Assembly: GCA_029258835.1 (NCBI GenBank)
Contig: JAPDJY010000044.1
Coordinates: 1-17,289 of the forward strand
Source: Thermoproteota archaeon
Lineage (GTDB): Archaea > Asgardarchaeota > Jordiarchaeia > Jordiarchaeales > Freyrarchaeaceae
Length of the DNA stretch: 17,289 nt
Direction: 5' to 3'
Position numbers and translations under genes: made by a program. The notes below the pieces were generated by a model. That model worked only from the letters and a program-made list of their open reading frames with translations. It did no database searches and was not told the origin of the DNA. This document shows, one piece after another, positions 16,238-17,289 of this stretch. Position 1 is the stretch's first letter. Every line of letters begins with the position of its first letter.

Positions 16238-16619
16238 TACGGGTGCGTGGATAGAGTTTTTCACTGGAAGTAGGAGTGGGGAGAAGCTTATGAACCTCAT
16301 CAAGGGGGTGGACGTCTATGTTCCAGCGTTAGTGGTGGCTGAAATATTTTATGTTCTTTGCAGGAGGGTTGGGGAGGAGCGTGCGCTGGAAATCGTTAAG
16401 GCGTTCATTGGCTCCAACGTGAAGGTTGTCAGCGGGGTAGACCTATTCGTTGAGGCGGGCAGGGTGAAGTGTAAGGTTCCCATCGCTTTAGCCGACTGCA
16501 GCGTGCTCGCCTTAGCGTCGATGGTGAACGGCAGAGCCGTCTTCTGGAGAAGGGAGAAAGAGATTAAAGAAGCGGAGGAGAAGGGGAGGATTACGGTGAA
16601 GGTTGAGTATCTCGAGTGA
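16218..16619 (+). CDS. vapC: VapC PIN-domain ribonuclease toxin
   Basis: VVVDTGAW, VVAEIFYVL, IALADC; 133 aa; immediately downstream of a small antitoxin-like gene. Confidence 0.9.
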   Translation: MRRVVVDTGAWIEFFTGSRSGEKLMNLIKGVDVYVPALVVAEIFYVLCRRVGEERALEIVKAFIGSNVKVVSGVDLFVEAGRVKCKVPIALADCSVLALASMVNGRAVFWRREKEIKEAEEKGRITVKVEYLE

Positions 16620-16645
16620 AGGGCTTAAGCTGGGATGGTGGCTGG

Positions 16646-17289
16646 ATGACCGGGGCGGCATGGGTTAAACTCCACCTGAAACCCAAACCCCCCTTTGACT
16701 TCAACCTTAAGATGAGTTTTTCTGCGGGCGGGGGGAAGCCGACTCCTGCGGTTTTCGAAGGCGGAGTTTGGCGCAGAGCTTTCAGGGTGGAGGGTAGGCT
16801 GGTGCCCGTGGCCGCTTCATCCGCCGGGACGGTGGACGCCCCCATCCTAACGGTTTCGGTTCCCAGGGAGTTTAGGAGGGTGCTGCGTGAAGTAGCCAAG
16901 CGTGTCTCCCTCCTTCTAGGCGCTGACGGGGATCCCCGCCCCCTCTACGACTTCATGGGCCGCGACCCCGTGCTAAGGGTGCTGAAGGAGAGGCTTTACG
17001 GTTTGGGCTGCGCGGGGAGGATGTCCACGACGGTTTACGAGGGGGTGGTCAAGGCGATAATTCAGCAGCAGATATCGATAAGGGTTGCCGACAGGGTGAC
17101 CGGCAACCTTGTTGAGGCGTTCGGGGACAGGGTCCTCTACGGCGGGGAGGCATACTACGAGTTTCCCACCCCTCAAACGCTGGCTGAAGCCAGCCTTGAA
17201 GAGTTAAGGGCGTGCGGCGTCAGCTGGAGGAAGGCAGAGTACATAAGGGAGTTCTCCCGCGCCGTCAGCGAGGGAATATTCAACCCGGA
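16646..17289 (+). CDS. alkA: DNA-3-methyladenine glycosylase II (AlkA, HhH-GPD family), truncated by the window edge
   Basis: Hand translation, open from GTG 16616 (overlapping the vapC TGA) or ATG 16646 to the end: PKPPFDF..., GVWRRAF, LYDFMGRDPVL..LKERLYGLG.AG.MS..VYEGVVKAIIQQQIS, FG......YEFPTP..LA.AS.EELRACGVS.RKAEYI; from memory, closely resembles Archaeoglobus-type AlkA. Confidence 0.92.
   Translation, partial: MTGAAWVKLHLKPKPPFDFNLKMSFSAGGGKPTPAVFEGGVWRRAFRVEGRLVPVAASSAGTVDAPILTVSVPREFRRVLREVAKRVSLLLGADGDPRPLYDFMGRDPVLRVLKERLYGLGCAGRMSTTVYEGVVKAIIQQQISIRVADRVTGNLVEAFGDRVLYGGEAYYEFPTPQTLAEASLEELRACGVSWRKAEYIREFSRAVSEGIFNP

Overview
17.3-kb window from a probably thermophilic archaeon. 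This is inferred from BRE/TATA promoters, GGTG/GGAGG ribosome-binding sites, oligo-T terminators, AGG/ATA codon use and E/K/R-rich proteins. Most of it is a peptide/amino-acid/acyl-CoA catabolic neighbourhood: a C69 (secernin-like) Ntn dipeptidase, a highly divergent NSS/SLC6-like transporter coupled to a small membrane protein, an acetoacetate-decarboxylase-like gene broken by a single frameshift (largely missed by the ORF track), a Glu/Leu/Phe/Val dehydrogenase lacking both glutamate-specificity residues, two tandem beta-keto acid cleavage enzymes (BKACE/DUF849), a two-subunit Gct-type CoA-transferase, and an isovaleryl-CoA-dehydrogenase-type ACAD fused to a C-terminal winged-helix-like domain. 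The right end holds a ChlD-like AAA+/VWA chelatase subunit, a vapBC pair with a perfect 14-bp palindrome in its promoter, and a coupled, edge-truncated AlkA glycosylase (also missed by the ORF track). A multiply frameshifted pseudogene lies at 7188-7695. The best novelty candidates are a possible undescribed amino acid -> beta-keto acid -> acyl-CoA + acetoacetate pathway and the ACAD-wHTH fusion. No rRNA, tRNA, CRISPR array or transposase was recognised.
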